NCBI RefSeq assembly: GCF_016433145.1
Contig: NC_058131.1
Coordinates: forward strand, 180,846,964 to 180,910,963
Source of the DNA: Gracilinanus agilis
Taxonomy: Eukaryota
Direction: 5' to 3'
DNA: 64,000 nt
The position numbers and the translations under genes were made by a program. A model generated the notes under the pieces. The model ran no database searches. It worked only from the letters and a program-made list of their open reading frames with translations, and was not told where the DNA came from. Numbering within the stretch: the stretch's first letter is position 1; every line of letters begins with the position of its first letter. Of the stretch, positions 48,901 through 62,014 are shown one piece after another.

Positions 48901-51900
48901 GAGTCAGGGGAGAGAGACCTGGGTTCAAATTCTGATCTTCATCTGCTAGTCATATGACCAACCCCAATTATTGACTTCTCTGACCCTCAGTTCCATCAGC
49001 TGCAAAATAGGTATCATAGTCTCATAGCTTTACTTTTGGAAGGGACCTTAAGATAGTCCAAGTCAGTTGTGCTTTCTTTCCCTCCTCTTAAAGGTGAGGA
49101 AAAAGGCTTAGAGACATTAACGTCCTTGCCTAAGGTCACCCACAGAAACATAATGTGATGCAACCTTAGAGATCAGTTAGTACAGCTCCCCTGTTTTACA
49201 CATGAAGAAACAAACCCATAGAGAAGATGTGATCTGCCCAAGGCCCTTCTGCTGAGGGACATAAACTTAGCTTTTTCCACTTAAATCTGGTGCCTTCCCC
49301 ATTATACCAAGATCTCATGCTATGGAAATGTGGATTATTGTGATACTCTGCATGACTAGAAGCTTTATTCTCAGTCTCAAATGAAGTAGTGTATATAAGT
49401 CACTCTATAACAATTCACTATTATTTAGAGGCAGCACTGGAGAGAGGAAAATGTGCTGGATCAGAGTCTGGAAGATCCAGGTTTGAATCGTGCTTTATAC
49501 ATGAAATAGCTGTTTGATGCTGAGTAAGCCACTTAATCTATTTCAGCCTCAGTTTCTTCATTTGCAAAATGTTGACAATAATGGCATCTACATTACAGCT
49601 CTTCTTAAGGGGTAAGATAGAGACTAGATTTGTGATTTCATTGACATAGGAACCATCTGCTATTCAACTACTCTAGAGTTGCCTCGAACATTGAGGGGAA
49701 AAAGTCAGCATATGTCAGCACTGGAGTTTGGATTTTCCTGATTTTGAGGCCAGCTCTCTATTCACTACTCCCTGATGCCTCTATTAGTGTTAATTAATGC
49801 CAAACTTTGTGGTTCTTATCCTCTTCTGCAAATAACTAGTTTCTTTTACCTCATTGTCTAGAGCCCTGTTCTGTTATAAACAGATTTTTCTTGAGTCTCC
49901 AGTTTCTCTTAGACAATGTTTACCTCATTGAGTTAAGTGAAATTTGGCTCGACTCTCAGGTTCACATTTCTTGCAGCCTAGTTCTGGATTGGTGCCCCTT
50001 TCCCTCTGGTACCTCCCCATCTCCTATTCCTAACACATTAATTACTCCATCATCATCATTCAGGAGGCTCTGCTCTCTTAAGGTTGCCACTCCCCTTTGT
50101 TTATTCACTGTTGTCTAGGATTCTTACCCTTCTTTAGGGACTTCAGCACCTAGTTTATAATCTTCCTTTCCCAGCCCCTTACTCTGCTCTTTATTGACAT
50201 TGATTATAACCTCACACTTATCTCTATTTTCATCTCTCACCAGAATGGCTTCATCTTGAAATATGAAGATCCATTCTCCAACTATAATGTTCTTTTTTTT
50301 TTTTTTTTTAAATACCTTTCTTCCTCTTACACTACTCCACAAACTGTTCATCTCCCATTTTGTGGCCTCTCAGTCCATTACTCCTTTCTGGCTTGACTGA
50401 TACTGGTTCAAAGTTTTGATCTTAGGGTCATTTATTTCAAAATTGAATTTTTTCCCCCATTTTTTTCCTGGTATAGCTCCAGTTTAGGGGTTACCCCTAC
50501 CAATTGTTTTCTTCATTTTTGTTTTCTTGATATACCAGATTAATAATCCCTTTCAGAAAGTGAAATACAGTTCTAGTATGCTACTTTTTGTGATAGTAAT
50601 GCTCTTTTTAAAATGTCCAGCCATCTTTTGTTAAATAAATTATTCTAGAATTTGGCCAGGAATTGAGGGCTAGATCACTGGCCCTATTTCATACTCTATT
50701 CATTTTCCTTTTTTTAAAAATTGGGACATTTCCTGCTATAATCCTTTAGTACTTCTCTCATTGTCCATGGCTTTTCAGAGTTCACAGACAAATCATCCAT
50801 CATACCTGCTGGTTCTTCAGTTTACTAAATTGCCAGGATCAGGTAAACTCATCAAGCACATTGAATTTCTTTCTTCTTAAAAGATAACATCAACTTCCCT
50901 AGAGTTTATATTTTCTTTTTCAGTGCAAAGATTTTTCTCCTTGGCTGTGAAAACAGAAACAAATGAAATTGAATAGTTCTGTCTGTATTCTGTTGTCAAT
51001 TATAGTTCTTTTTACCTTGAACAATATTCTTCCGTAATCCTTCTTTGAGCTTTCTCTTCCTCAGTATAGCAACATAAATTTTTTTCTCCTCCTTAGATTT
51101 CCTTACTGTCTTTTAGCTCATTTTGATATTTAGTGTCCTTAACATTGTTTTTAAAAAAGTATTATTGATGCCTTTTGTTTTCTACACCACAGTGATTTTT
51201 GATACACCTTCTCGTAATAGTAAAAGAAAAATAATAAAGCAAAATTGACTCACGAAATGGCTACATTTACTTCTAGTTACCCTGCTCCTTCACCAAGGAG
51301 AGGGCAAGTACATTTTATCATCTGTTCACTGATCTGGCTACCTTTTAATGTTATTTTTATTTACATTGTTCAGTTTCTTGTATATGCTAATCTGATTCTG
51401 GATTCTTTACTCTGCCACAGTTCTTATAAGTTCCCATGTTTCTCTGAATTTTTTTTTTATTAATAATTGCTTGTCTTTTCAGTTTTTCAATAAAATTTTT
51501 TCAATTGATAAAATGATTTTTCTTTCCCCATTCCCTTCCTCCCATTGGAAAAACAATACAGAAAAACTCAACCCTCCCTTGTAACAAATGTATATAGTCA
51601 AACAAAATGCATTTCTACATTGGCTGATTCCAAAAAAAGCATATATCTCATTCATCACCCTGAGTTCATCGTCTCTCCATTTGTCTTCTGTCATGGAAAG
51701 ACATTGTTTTGATCACAGTTCTCAGAGCTTTCAGTAATTTTTTTCAGTGTTGTTGTTTTATAAATTGTTCTGCTTACTCGCTTTGCATCAATTCATGTAA
51801 GTCTTTTTAAGTTTCTCTGAAACCTTCCCTTTCACCATTTCTTTGGGCACAATAGTATCCCATTATATTAATTAACCATTTGTTTAGTCATTCCCCAAAT

Positions 51901-51913
51901 GATGGACACCCTC

Positions 51914-51974
51914 TTTTTTTTGCTATTATAGAAATTTTTTTTTGCTATTGTAGAATTTTTTGCTATTATAGAAA
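51914..51974 (+). repeat. Tandem triplication of a ~21-bp unit (tttttgctattatagaa) inside an old L1
   Basis: Three adjacent copies with variable T runs. Confidence 0.85.
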
Positions 51975-52008
51975 CTGCTATGAATGTTTTTGTACATATG
52001 GCATTTTC

Positions 52009-53074
52009 CACAAACTGGGAGAACATTTAATAACAAAACTCTCTGCCAAAGGTTTAATTTCCCAAACATATAAAGAACTAAGTCAAATTTACAAAAAATC
52101 AAGCCATTTCCCAGTCAACAAATGGTCAAGGTACATAAATAGGCAGTTTTCACAAATGAAATCAAAACCCTCAATAATCACATGAAAAAGTGTTCTAAAG
52201 TCCTCCTGATTAGAGAAATGCAAATTAAAAACAAACCTGAGGTACCACCTCACAGCTATCATACTGGCCAATATATGAGCAAAGGAAAGTGATAAATGTT
52301 GGAGGGAATGTGGCAAAATTGGAACACTAATACACTGCTGGTGGAGTTGTGAATTGGTCCAACCATTTTGGAGGGCAATTTAGAACTATGCATAAAGGGC
52401 TTTAAAAGACCCTTTGATCCAGCCATACCACTGCTAGGTTTATACCCTGAAGAGTTAATAAGGAAAAAGACTTGTACAAAAATATTCATAGCCACGCTCT
52501 TCGTGGTTGCAAAAAATTGGAAAATGAGGGGATGCCCATCGATTGGGGAATGGCTCAATAAATTCTGGTATCTGTTGGTGATGGAATATTATTGTGCTGA
52601 AATAATGAACTGGAGAAATTCCATTTGAAATGTAAAGATTCCAGGAACTGATGTAGAGCGAAAGGAGCAGAGCCAGAAGAACTCTATATACAGAGACTGA
52701 TATACTGTGGTAAAATTGAATGTAATGGACTTCTTTATTGGCAGCAATGCAATGATCCAGGACAACTCTGAGGAACTTATGAGAAAGAAAACTAGCCATA
52801 TTCAGAGGAAGAACTGTGGGAGTAGAAACTCAAAAGAAAAACATATGATTGATCACGTAGTATGATAGGGATATGATTAAGGTTTTAGCATTAAAAGATC
52901 ACTCTACTGCAAATATGAATAACATGGAAATAAATATGTTTTGAACAATGACACATGTATAACCCAGTGGAACTGCTTGTCAGCTTCAGGCAGGGTTAGG
53001 AAAGAGTGGGGGTGTGGGGCTCATGAATCATGTGACCATGGAAAAATATGCAAATAAAAAAAAGGGAAAAAAAC
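52009..53074 (+). mobile_element. 5'-truncated L1 (~1.07 kb) nested in an older antisense L1 (~51470-51997 and ~53086-53170)
   Basis: ORF2 C-terminal motifs (RPFDPAIPLLGLYPEE), 3' UTR and A tail. TSD atggcattttc / atgacattttc (51998-52008 / 53075-53085). Confidence 0.85.
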
Positions 53075-53251
53075 ATGACATTTTCTGATGTTACCTTTTA
53101 GGAGGTAAGAGGTCAAAGTAGATGAATATTTTAGTAACTTTTCTTATATAATTCCACATTGTTTTTTTTAGGGGTTTCCACACTATCCCTTTTTAAAACA
53201 AACAAATAAAAACATTATCTTGTTTCTTTTTAATAAAGTATATGTCTAAAG

Positions 53252-53455
53252 CAGTGATGGGCAAATTATGGCCCGCGAGCCAGATGTGGCCCCCTGAAAT
53301 GTTCTGTCCAGCTGCAGGACATTATTCCTAATCTGACGGATACAATGAGTAGGATACAATACAATGAAACTTCAAAAGAGTTGCCTTAGAAACAGACTGA
53401 CAGATGAGCATTTGCTTTCCTTTGGCCCCCTCTTTAAAACGTTTGCCCATCACTG
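53252..53455 (+). mobile_element. hAT MITE, 204 bp (different family from the two above)
   Basis: TIRs CAGTGATGGGCAAAT / GTTTGCCCATCACTG (14/15). 8-bp TSD gtctaaag/gtctagag (7/8). Confidence 0.9.
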
Positions 53456-53595
53456 GTCTAGAGTCATAGTTGAATCATGCTGAGGATGAAGTCAAATTTG
53501 CTTCCTTGTGTTAGGCCTTCCATTTATATTATCTGTAATTTTTCTGAGGCCATGGGCTTTATCACTGGCTCCTTTCTGTAATAGTGCCTTTTATT

Positions 53596-53791
53596 GGGGG
53601 CAGCTGGGTGGCTCAGTGGATTGAGAGCCAGGCCTAGAAACAGGAGGCCCTAGGGTCAAATCTGGCCTCTGATACTTCCTAGTTGTGGGACCTTGGGCAA
53701 GTCACTTAGCCCCTATTGCCTAGCCCTTACTGTTCTTCTGCCTTAGAACCAATACACAGTAGTGATTCTAAGACAAAAGGCAAAGATTTTA
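53596..53791 (+). mobile_element. SINE1_Mdo-type SINE (older)
   Basis: TSD aatagtgccttttat / aataatgccttttat (53580-53594 / 53798-53812). Confidence 0.9.
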
Positions 53792-55611
53792 AAACAAAAT
53801 AATGCCTTTTATGAATTTCTAGGTGTCTCTTGCTATTCTTTCCATACCTTAGCTGTATTTTATATTTCTCTTATTTTGGAGGAGCTCCATAGACTATTTA
53901 TTTCCTCCCTATCTCTTACTCATATTAAATAGCCTTTTGGATTACATTTTTAGGAGTCTTGTTCTTAGTATCCCTTGTTCTTTTCTACTCCATAAGTTTG
54001 TCTAATGTTAACATACTTCTCTATCACTAACTTTTTAATTTGTCATCACCAAATTATAGAGCAAAAAAATTTCAGTTCTTCTGCTTTGGGAGGTCAGTGC
54101 AGCTTCCTCATAACTTTCCTCACTGAGTAGTACTTAAGAATTATTTGGTTTCTTGGCTTCCCCACTATGGGATGATGCTGGTGATAGAAGGAAGAAAAGG
54201 TAAAGGCAGTCCTAGCTGGAACATTGAATGTAGCATATTCTTAAGTCATGGGTTCCTGAAGATATTCATAACTCTTTGAGGGTTTAACTCCTTTTGTGCC
54301 CAAAATAAATATACTGAGTTTTCTGAATTGTTTCCATTAAACATTTTAGTGATGCAATAACTCCAATTTCATCCATGTTTTAAGGTTTACAAAGCACCTT
54401 TCTCAAAATAACCCTGTAAGGTAGGTAATACAAGTACTAGTATTATCCCAGTTCTCAGATGAGGAAACTGAAGCTGAGACTGGTTCAAGGAATTGTTCAA
54501 AGTTACACTACTAAAGTGTCAGAATGAGGATTCATACCAGTCTCTTGATTATAAACCTAATGCTTTGGAGCACTGAAGTCCTTTTTTTTTCACAACTGTA
54601 AGAACTTTACTGTCCCTTGCTCTTGCTTTCAAACACTAGTATCATCTGCATTTCAATGAGAGACCTAAGCTATGCTGAGCTTCAAAAATTTTTTATAAAA
54701 AGAACATTGAATTTCTTTCAAAGTCAGGAGGTGACTTAGCCCTTGAATTAAGCAACTGCTAGACTTCATTTCGAGTTTGTGATACCCCTTTCCCTCCCTT
54801 CTTTGCAACTGTCTACCAGCTTCATTTTGTGCCCGTCTTGCTGCCTGAACAGAGAAGACTGCTCTGTTCCACTGGATTTCCCTGTGGCTTTAGTTTCCCC
54901 TATTTTTTTCTGGATTATGTGGATTTTAAAATTAATATTCAATATCTCCAAAATATATTTATATTTATTAATATTTAACTAGAGAGCTAGAACATTGGGA
55001 ATGTTCCCCACTCAATTCACGTGGAAGAGAGAGCTAGGGCAACAAAGACTGGTCACCACTTAATTCTTGTGGAAGACAGAGCATGAGGGGCGTTATCCAA
55101 AATTTACATACAATTACGCAAAAGACACATGTAAACAGAAAGGAAAAGGAATTGTGGGCAATGCAGAAAGGAAGTTTGGTTAATGTAGTTTTAGAGATTC
55201 AAGATTTTCCAACTATACAATTATAAGTATGGTAGTAAGAGGGGATAAGATCATAAGGTGGTTTGCTCTACCTTTCCAGCCCTCACTTTGCTTTATCATA
55301 TAACAGAGACCGTCCATGTCTTTAGTCCTGCCAAATTGTGTGGCACAGTAGAGATGTGATCAGAATCTAGTGATGGACGGGGGAAGCTTGCGACAAAGCA
55401 TTCACCTGCCCCTTTTCATTCATTTCCCTTAGCATTCATGTTATTTAACTGTGCTTAGACTTATGTAAACATATATCAAATTGGAAAAGATCTCATTGTG
55501 CTGGAGAGATGTTCTTTCATTTTTCTTTGTGAAATCTGAAGGAGGCCCAGCATGGCTGAAGTGACTTGTTCAAAGTCCGTGGCTAATGGCTGGGCCTTGG
55601 ACCCTAGACTC

Positions 55612-55679
55612 CTACTCTATCTGTATATCTGTCTGTCTATTTGTATATCTGTGTCTTTCTGTCTGCCTGTCTGTCTGCC

Positions 55680-55739
<60 letters not shown>

Positions 55740-55755
55740 CTCTTCTATCTATCTG
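55612..55755 (+). repeat. (TCTA/TATC)n tetranucleotide repeat with degenerate (TCTG)n flank, ~100 bp upstream of exon 2
   Basis: Read directly from the sequence. Confidence 0.95.
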
Positions 55756-55858
55756 TCTGCCTCCTGTCATCTCTAGCTAGGTTATATGTACTTAGATCAG
55801 CAATCTTTCTTTAACATTCTTTAGGACATTGTTTTAGGACATTCTTTAAATTTTTTAG

Positions 55859-55992
55859 GAGCCTGAGGGGGAAACAAAGACAGATGGAGAAACTGCATCA
55901 GACAATGAGAGCCGAACGGAACCTGCACCAGTACCCACTTCTGATGATACTCCTGAGGTCTTCAATCGGGCATTGTCAAAGCTGTCCTCAAG
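55859..55992 (+). CDS. CDS2: CDS2 coding exon 2 (EPEGETKTDGETASDNESRTEPAPVPTSDDTPEVFNRALSKLSS+AG), 134 nt
   Basis: Acceptor ttttttag|GAG and donor AAG|GTAATT. Homologous to human ESESEAKVDGETASDSESRAESAPLPVSADDTPEVLNRALSNLSSR. In frame with exon 1. Confidence 0.96.
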
Positions 55993-56368
55993 GTAATTCA
56001 AGGCATCAAGTATTTGAGAAACATTTAATATTTATCTAATTTATTGGCAGCTGTGGGAGAAACAGATATGAAATGGTCTCTGTTTAAGTTAATTATATTT
56101 TTGGAGCAATCATGATTATTATACAGAAAATAATTAAAGAATAATCCTGGGCAGTTTGTGGTGAAGGGCTAAGTTTGCATGCATTCAGTTGCCAAAGTAT
56201 GTGGGACAGATGATAAATGTAATAGTTGGATTGAAAAATAATGGAAGAAATTATCATGTTGGTTGGTATTAGTTTTGGGAAGAAAATGACTAAAACAGAT
56301 AGGTGGAGAAAGGTATGGGTTGTAGGAGATGAACAGCATGAGAAAAGGCACAAAAACAGGAGAGTGGG

Positions 56369-56370
<2 letters not shown>

Positions 56371-56461
<91 letters not shown>

Positions 56462-56861
56462 NNNNNNNNNNNNNNNNNNNNNNNNNNNNNNNNNNNNNNN
56501 NNNNNNNNNNNNNNNNNNNNNNNNNNNNNNNNNNNNNNNNNNNNNNNNNNNNNNNNNNNNNNNNNNNNNNNNNNNNNNNNNNNNNNNNNNNNNNNNNNNN
56601 NNNNNNNNNNNNNNNNNNNNNNNNNNNNNNNNNNNNNNNNNNNNNNNNNNNNNNNNNNNNNNNNNNNNNNNNNNNNNNNNNNNNNNNNNNNNNNNNNNNN
56701 NNNNNNNNNNNNNNNNNNNNNNNNNNNNNNNNNNNNNNNNNNNNNNNNNNNNNNNNNNNNNNNNNNNNNNNNNNNNNNNNNNNNNNNNNNNNNNNNNNNN
56801 NNNNNNNNNNNNNNNNNNNNNNNNNNNNNNNNNNNNNNNNNNNNNNNNNNNNNNNNNNNNN

Positions 56862-56900
<39 letters not shown>
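56371..56900 (+). repeat. Compound microsatellite (GT)22(GA)n spanning the assembly gap
   Basis: GT at 56371-56414, GA at 56415-56461, and GA resumes after the gap to ~56900. Confidence 0.93.
56462..56861. other. Assembly gap (400 N) in CDS2 intron 2
   Basis: Run of N. Confidence 0.99.
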
Positions 56901-56904
<4 letters not shown>

Positions 56905-58677
56905 GACAAGAGACAGAGAGTGAGGGAGAGAGCGCCAGTCTGTGTCTGGAATTTGTTTGTTTGCTGTTGATGTTGGTAAACCATAAGGAGAAAGAGCTGG
57001 TAATGCAAACTGCTCTGCTTGTTCTTAGTTAAGTGGATATTCTTACACCTCTATGTCCTGATCATGTTTCAAAGTTGACTATTCCTTGTCCATAGCCCCA
57101 TACTTATGGATAATTTTTCTCCTTTTCAGTTGGAGAAATTTTGACACAAATCAAGTTGACTCAAGTAAAGATTGTAAATTATTGTAGTTAAATTTACAAG
57201 CTCTGGGTTCAGTCAAGTTGTGAATAGAATTTATGGTCCTACGATGCTCTGGTAGAGAGATTTTTGGGGGGGGTCAATAAATTCCAAATTTGCCTAATTG
57301 TATTATCCTTTGGTACACATTTCTCCAATTTTCAGGTTATTGTAAAAGACTGTAAAATGTCTTGTTGAAATTCAGGTATATTTTGTCTGATATTTCCCTT
57401 ATCCACCAACCTAATGACCCTGTTATCAAAAAGAAAGGAGCTTAGTCTGATTTGATTTATTCTAGATGAACCTATGTTGGCCCTTGTTGATAATTTATTT
57501 CCTTTTCTCAGTGCTACCTACCAAGCCATTTACTAAGCTGTTTTAGAATTTTGCCAGGCATTAGTGTCAAGTTCTCTACTGTATAGTTTGACTATATCTT
57601 CTCATTTTTGAAAAATAAGACATTTGTCTCTTATCTTAATCTCCTTTCCCTTAATCACTAGTACTAGCTCAGTTGTCATATCCTCTTATTCTCTTAGTAA
57701 CTGGAGAGGTAGGTAACATTCTTAGATCTGGCTACTTGTATTCATTTAGAATTACTAGAGGGTTTTTTTGTTTGTTTGTTTTTGACCACCTCCACACTCA
57801 TCTTGTTCAATACTTCCTAGTTTTAAAAAATCACTTTCAAGTCTGAGATATCTATAGGGGAACAAAAATAGTATATTTCTTACTTCTTAGTTAAGCCCCT
57901 CAGAATTTACTTCACTTGGGGTCTTTCAGGCTGAGGCATATTAATTCTTCTGGAGACCTTGTGTTTCAGTAGATTATAGTTCTTAATGTCTCTTTCTTTC
58001 CTCTAGAAAGACTGAAGTAGCAGTGGCCAGTGTTGGAATTTTCACTCCATTATCAAAGGGACAGGGAAAATCTGAGAGTACCAGTCTTATCATTAAAAGA
58101 GAAGTTTTGGCCAACACTGACCCTGGGAAACAAAAACTAAGCAGGGGATCAGTTGAAGAAACCCTAGAAGATCAGTTCTGTTTCAGTTTATGTTTTACAA
58201 AAATTAACATGTCATTAATAGGTTTTTAAGAATGATTATAATTCTTAACTTTGCCCTTTTGTTATTTTAAACTTTGATTTTTACAACTTTGTAACCTATA
58301 AAACTCCTCCATAATCTTAAGATTTAAAGAATATTTGTTCAAAGACTATAAGGCGTGGGGAGAACCATAAAACTAAATTACTTTTCCTAAGGAAGATCTA
58401 AAAGAAATACAAAAAAATCCCAAGAACGAAAAACCCAAATCAAAACAAAAAGATAGTGGAAAGAATACCAAGAATCCTGGGGCATCTCTGAAGATGTGCC
58501 AGAATTCTTGGCCTGGGGGAAAGCAATTTTCTTATAAAGAAAGTGTTCTAATTTCCCCATATCATGGATGTCCATCAAAGGCGAGTGATGTAAGAAGGGT
58601 TTGGTGATTCTAGGTTCCCCATGTATGCATGTTTAGGTCTCTTTCCATGTCTTTATCTTAATTTTTTTTTTAACTAG

Positions 58678-58774
58678 ATGGAAAAACTGGTGGGTGAGAG
58701 GTATCCTGACTTTGGCTATGATTGCCTTTTTCTTCATCATCATTTATTTGGGACCCATGGTTTTAATGATGATC
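58678..58774 (+). CDS. CDS2: CDS2 coding exon 3 ((R)WKNWWVRGILTLAMIAFFFIIIYLGPMVLMMI), 97 nt
   Basis: Acceptor tttttttaactag|A and donor ATC|GTAAGT. Near-identical to the human CDS2 first hydrophobic segment. Phase-consistent (AG+A = Arg). Confidence 0.97.
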
Positions 58775-60358
58775 GTAAGTAGCTTTTGCATATTAATGTA
58801 GTCTGACCTTGAATTCTATAGACCTGTCATTTTCTTAGTTGTGGGGATAATTTGATCTGGAGGTGAACATGGTGTCAGAATTCAATAAACCTTTATTTAG
58901 TACTTCCTATGTACAGAGCAGTAAGGATAAGACCAGCACTTCTAGAACCCCTTTTCACCTCCCATGCCCATTGTTTCAACTCTAAATGAGGGCTCCAGTG
59001 CTCCTGAGAAAAGGTTTGAATTCATCCTATCTCTGACACCCACTAGCTCTGTGGTTATAAACAAGTCTCTTAGCCTCTCTAAAATTCTATTTCCTTCCTT
59101 ACAAAATGATTTAGTGCTTTAATAAGTATCACCAATTAAATACTAAGAATAAGGATCTAAATGATATATGTCCCTGTGCAACACAGTAGGTTCTAAATAC
59201 ATACTTCTTGAATGTATGATTGGATAGATGCCCACTCCAGTGGAGTTTGGTTACAAGTCAGTCAATAGGACCTTATAATTCTGAGCTTCTGAAAGCTCCT
59301 TCATTTCTATGGTGCATTAGGCAAACAAGCATTTCCTCAGTGTTCCTGTGGACTGGAGGAACAACAATAAACCTGAAACAGCCCCTTTTCTTAAGGAGCT
59401 GACATTGTATCAAGGGAAATGATAGGCACATAAGTATTCTCCAAATAATTACAAGGTAATTTTTTTAGAGTGGGCACTAATAGCTAGGAGGATAGAAGGT
59501 GGTGCTTGAGCTGAATTTGGAAGGAAGGAAAAGAATCTAAGAAGCTGGAAGTGAGAAAGGGAATGGATTCTAGTCTTGGAGAGCAGCCAGAGCAGACATG
59601 TAGCTGAGTAATGAATTGTGTGTGAGTAGATATTCGTGGCCAATGGATAATCAGGAGTCCACTGGAGAAACATTGATGTGGGCCATTTGTATGGTCAAAT
59701 GGTCACCTCAGATTGATTTTTTAAACATTCCTTTTGAGATTGGCAAAAAAGCCATTTCATTTGACTTTTAAAATGACAACCCCAAGCTTAAATCATTTAA
59801 AGCTGGATTTAGTAACAATATGACATCTGTATTTATTTTGCTTTTTTTTTATTATGACAAGAAAGGAGAAGTGGGAGGGGGAAGTGGCAGATCTTGATTC
59901 AAAAAAAATTTTTTTTTTTCAGAGAAAGATTTGTAGTATGGACCAGGTGTGTCTGTTATTTGAAGAATTGCCTAATTAAGTTAGGGCACCAGGTTGATTT
60001 TTTTTTTTTGTCCATAGTCTTATGTCCTAAGGTGTGTAGAGTTGTCTTTTTTCTGGTGAAAAGAGCACCTACATCAAGGAAATCTCAGGTCTTTTAAACA
60101 AATTAAATATTAATGGAAGGAGACAAATAAGGTGTTAATGGGAATAGGGATAATGAGGATAGCAGTTTTGAGGGTATAAACAGGTTAGATCTTTGTTGTA
60201 CCTTGCTGTTTGGCCAATGATTTGACAAGACTGCTGATTTCAAGTCTTTTCACACACACACAATCTTATACCCTCAAATCAAAATGTTGGGTGAAGGGAG
60301 AAGTGGCTCTGAATGTAAACAACTACAGTAAATGATTCAATTCTTCTGTGTCTTATAG

Positions 60359-60456
60359 GTGATGTGTGTTCAGATTAAGTGTTTCCATGAGATCATCACT
60401 ATTGGCTATAATGTCTACCATTCATATGACCTACCTTGGTTTAGGACCCTCAGTTG
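60359..60456 (+). CDS. CDS2: CDS2 coding exon 4 ([32 protein letters not shown]+TG), 98 nt
   Basis: Acceptor ttctgtgtcttatag|GTG and donor TTG|GTAAGT. Translation matches human CDS2. Confidence 0.97.
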
Positions 60457-62014
60457 GTAAGTACCCTGGCCTCCTCTGGGTGTGGAAGAGGCCTGAATAA
60501 TAAATTATGGACTGTGTGGCTCCCCAAGCATTTCACTGCCAGGTTCAAAGGTGTACAGTGCCCACCTCATAGTAGGGAAGTGTGCTTCTGTCCTGTTGGA
60601 GTCAAAGAATCATTAAGTAACTACTAAAATTTCCATTTTAACTCAGAAGAGACCTAAAACTTTGCTCATATCTATGACACAGAGTATGTTTGGGCTTTAT
60701 AACTTCTGCATAAGAAACTTATATTTTCTGATCCGCCATAGCTAATCCACTAAAATTTACAAGGCTGCTATTGAACTATGAGTCGCGAAACATGGGTTCT
60801 AGGTCCAGCCCAGCTACTAACCAGATTAGTAAATAGAAGAAAATTATATCCTTTTAGGTACCTTTCCCACCACTCTCCTCATCCCCCTGGCCAGGCTCAA
60901 TTTTTGTAAAATGAGGGCATAGTTATATCAATTTCAGTATCGATTTCAAGACTCTGAGATTTCTGGATAAGTCATTTTAGGTGCTAATCTAGTTTCTCAT
61001 CCCTTTTAATAAATGTATTCAGTTTACTATCAATTAGACACTGATCTGGCTTTAGAGATTCAGTATTTTATCTTTTCACAAAGTTACTTAACTGAACTGA
61101 CCTGAACTGAATAAGACAATGGGCCCATCTGCACAAAGCATGTTGGGTAGTGGCAGGCCATGGGGCAGATTCCAAATTTCTTCCTTAAGAGAACTAGAAT
61201 CTCTGCTCTGACTGACTAGAGGAATAAGCTCGGGGGCCTGTGACATTTGGAAGAGTGACCAGCAGGAGATGGGGTAGTGCCAGTGAAGGAACAGGTTTTG
61301 CATAGACAGAATATTTAATTTCTCTGGGTCTCAGTTTTTTCATTTGTTAAATAGGTGAATAAGATAATTCCTTCTATCCATATAGAGATATTTATTCATA
61401 CATGGGATTATGGTGTAGTACAGTGAGTCAAAGTATAGAGAGGCAGCAGGGAAGTTTGGATAGTTTGGAGGCTGTGGGAGAGAAGGTTTGCAGGATAGTT
61501 TTGAGCCAGAATGTGGAGGGAATGCTAGCCTAAGGAGTTTACATTATTATTCTGATTTTTGCATTTTTGGTTAGGATGGCAATCTTCATAAAAAGATCAA
61601 GAGCTAAAAAATTAATTTGTAGGATCTGACTTGAGTTGAGTCCAGTGAATATCTCTTAAGCTCAGTATATGCCAAGTCCTCTGTGAGGTAGCACAGGATA
61701 AACAAAGTTTTGCTAGGATAAGATCCTTGCATTCTTGGATCTTCTAGTCTAGTAAGGGGACCATCACACATATATGTCAGGATTTAGGGAGGATTTCATA
61801 TAGTGAATAGCATTTGATTTGGGTTTTAAAAAGCTGAGAAGGAATTTATTGAGCCAAGAATAAGAATAAGAGAAGGTGGAATCTCATTCCAGTCACAGGA
61901 ATAGCCAAGATGTGGGTGTTCAGGAGCCAAGACAATGTCTATTTTGCTTGGACCACAAAGTATATGAAGTGAATTAGTATTATAGAAGGCTGAAAAAGTA
62001 AGGAGATGCCAGAT

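Larger units (their letters stand above)
7544..55858 (+). other. CDS2: CDS2 intron 1 (48,315 bp, GT-AG)
   Basis: Bounded by the exon 1 donor and exon 2 acceptor. No intervening CDS2 coding sequence is expected from the human protein alignment. Human CDS2 also has a very long first intron. Confidence 0.9.

Noticed and set aside
51880-52799. ORFs 51880, 52089, 52259, 52368 and 52455 (and 16403-16800, 37459-37803) as genes
   Set aside because: All lie in L1 3' fragments and are sense or antisense translations of decayed ORF2/3' UTR.
56169-57032. Long ORFs of 178-279 aa
   Set aside because: Artefacts of dinucleotide repeats and the N gap.
58028-58119. Possible 92-bp MITE with CAGTGTTGG...CCAACACTG ends
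   Set aside because: Only a 9-bp inverted repeat and no matching TSD.
58388-58610. Lys-rich open stretch (KEDLKEIQKNPKNEKPKSKQKD...) in intron 2
   Set aside because: A-rich low complexity, no splice sites in phase and no known homologue.
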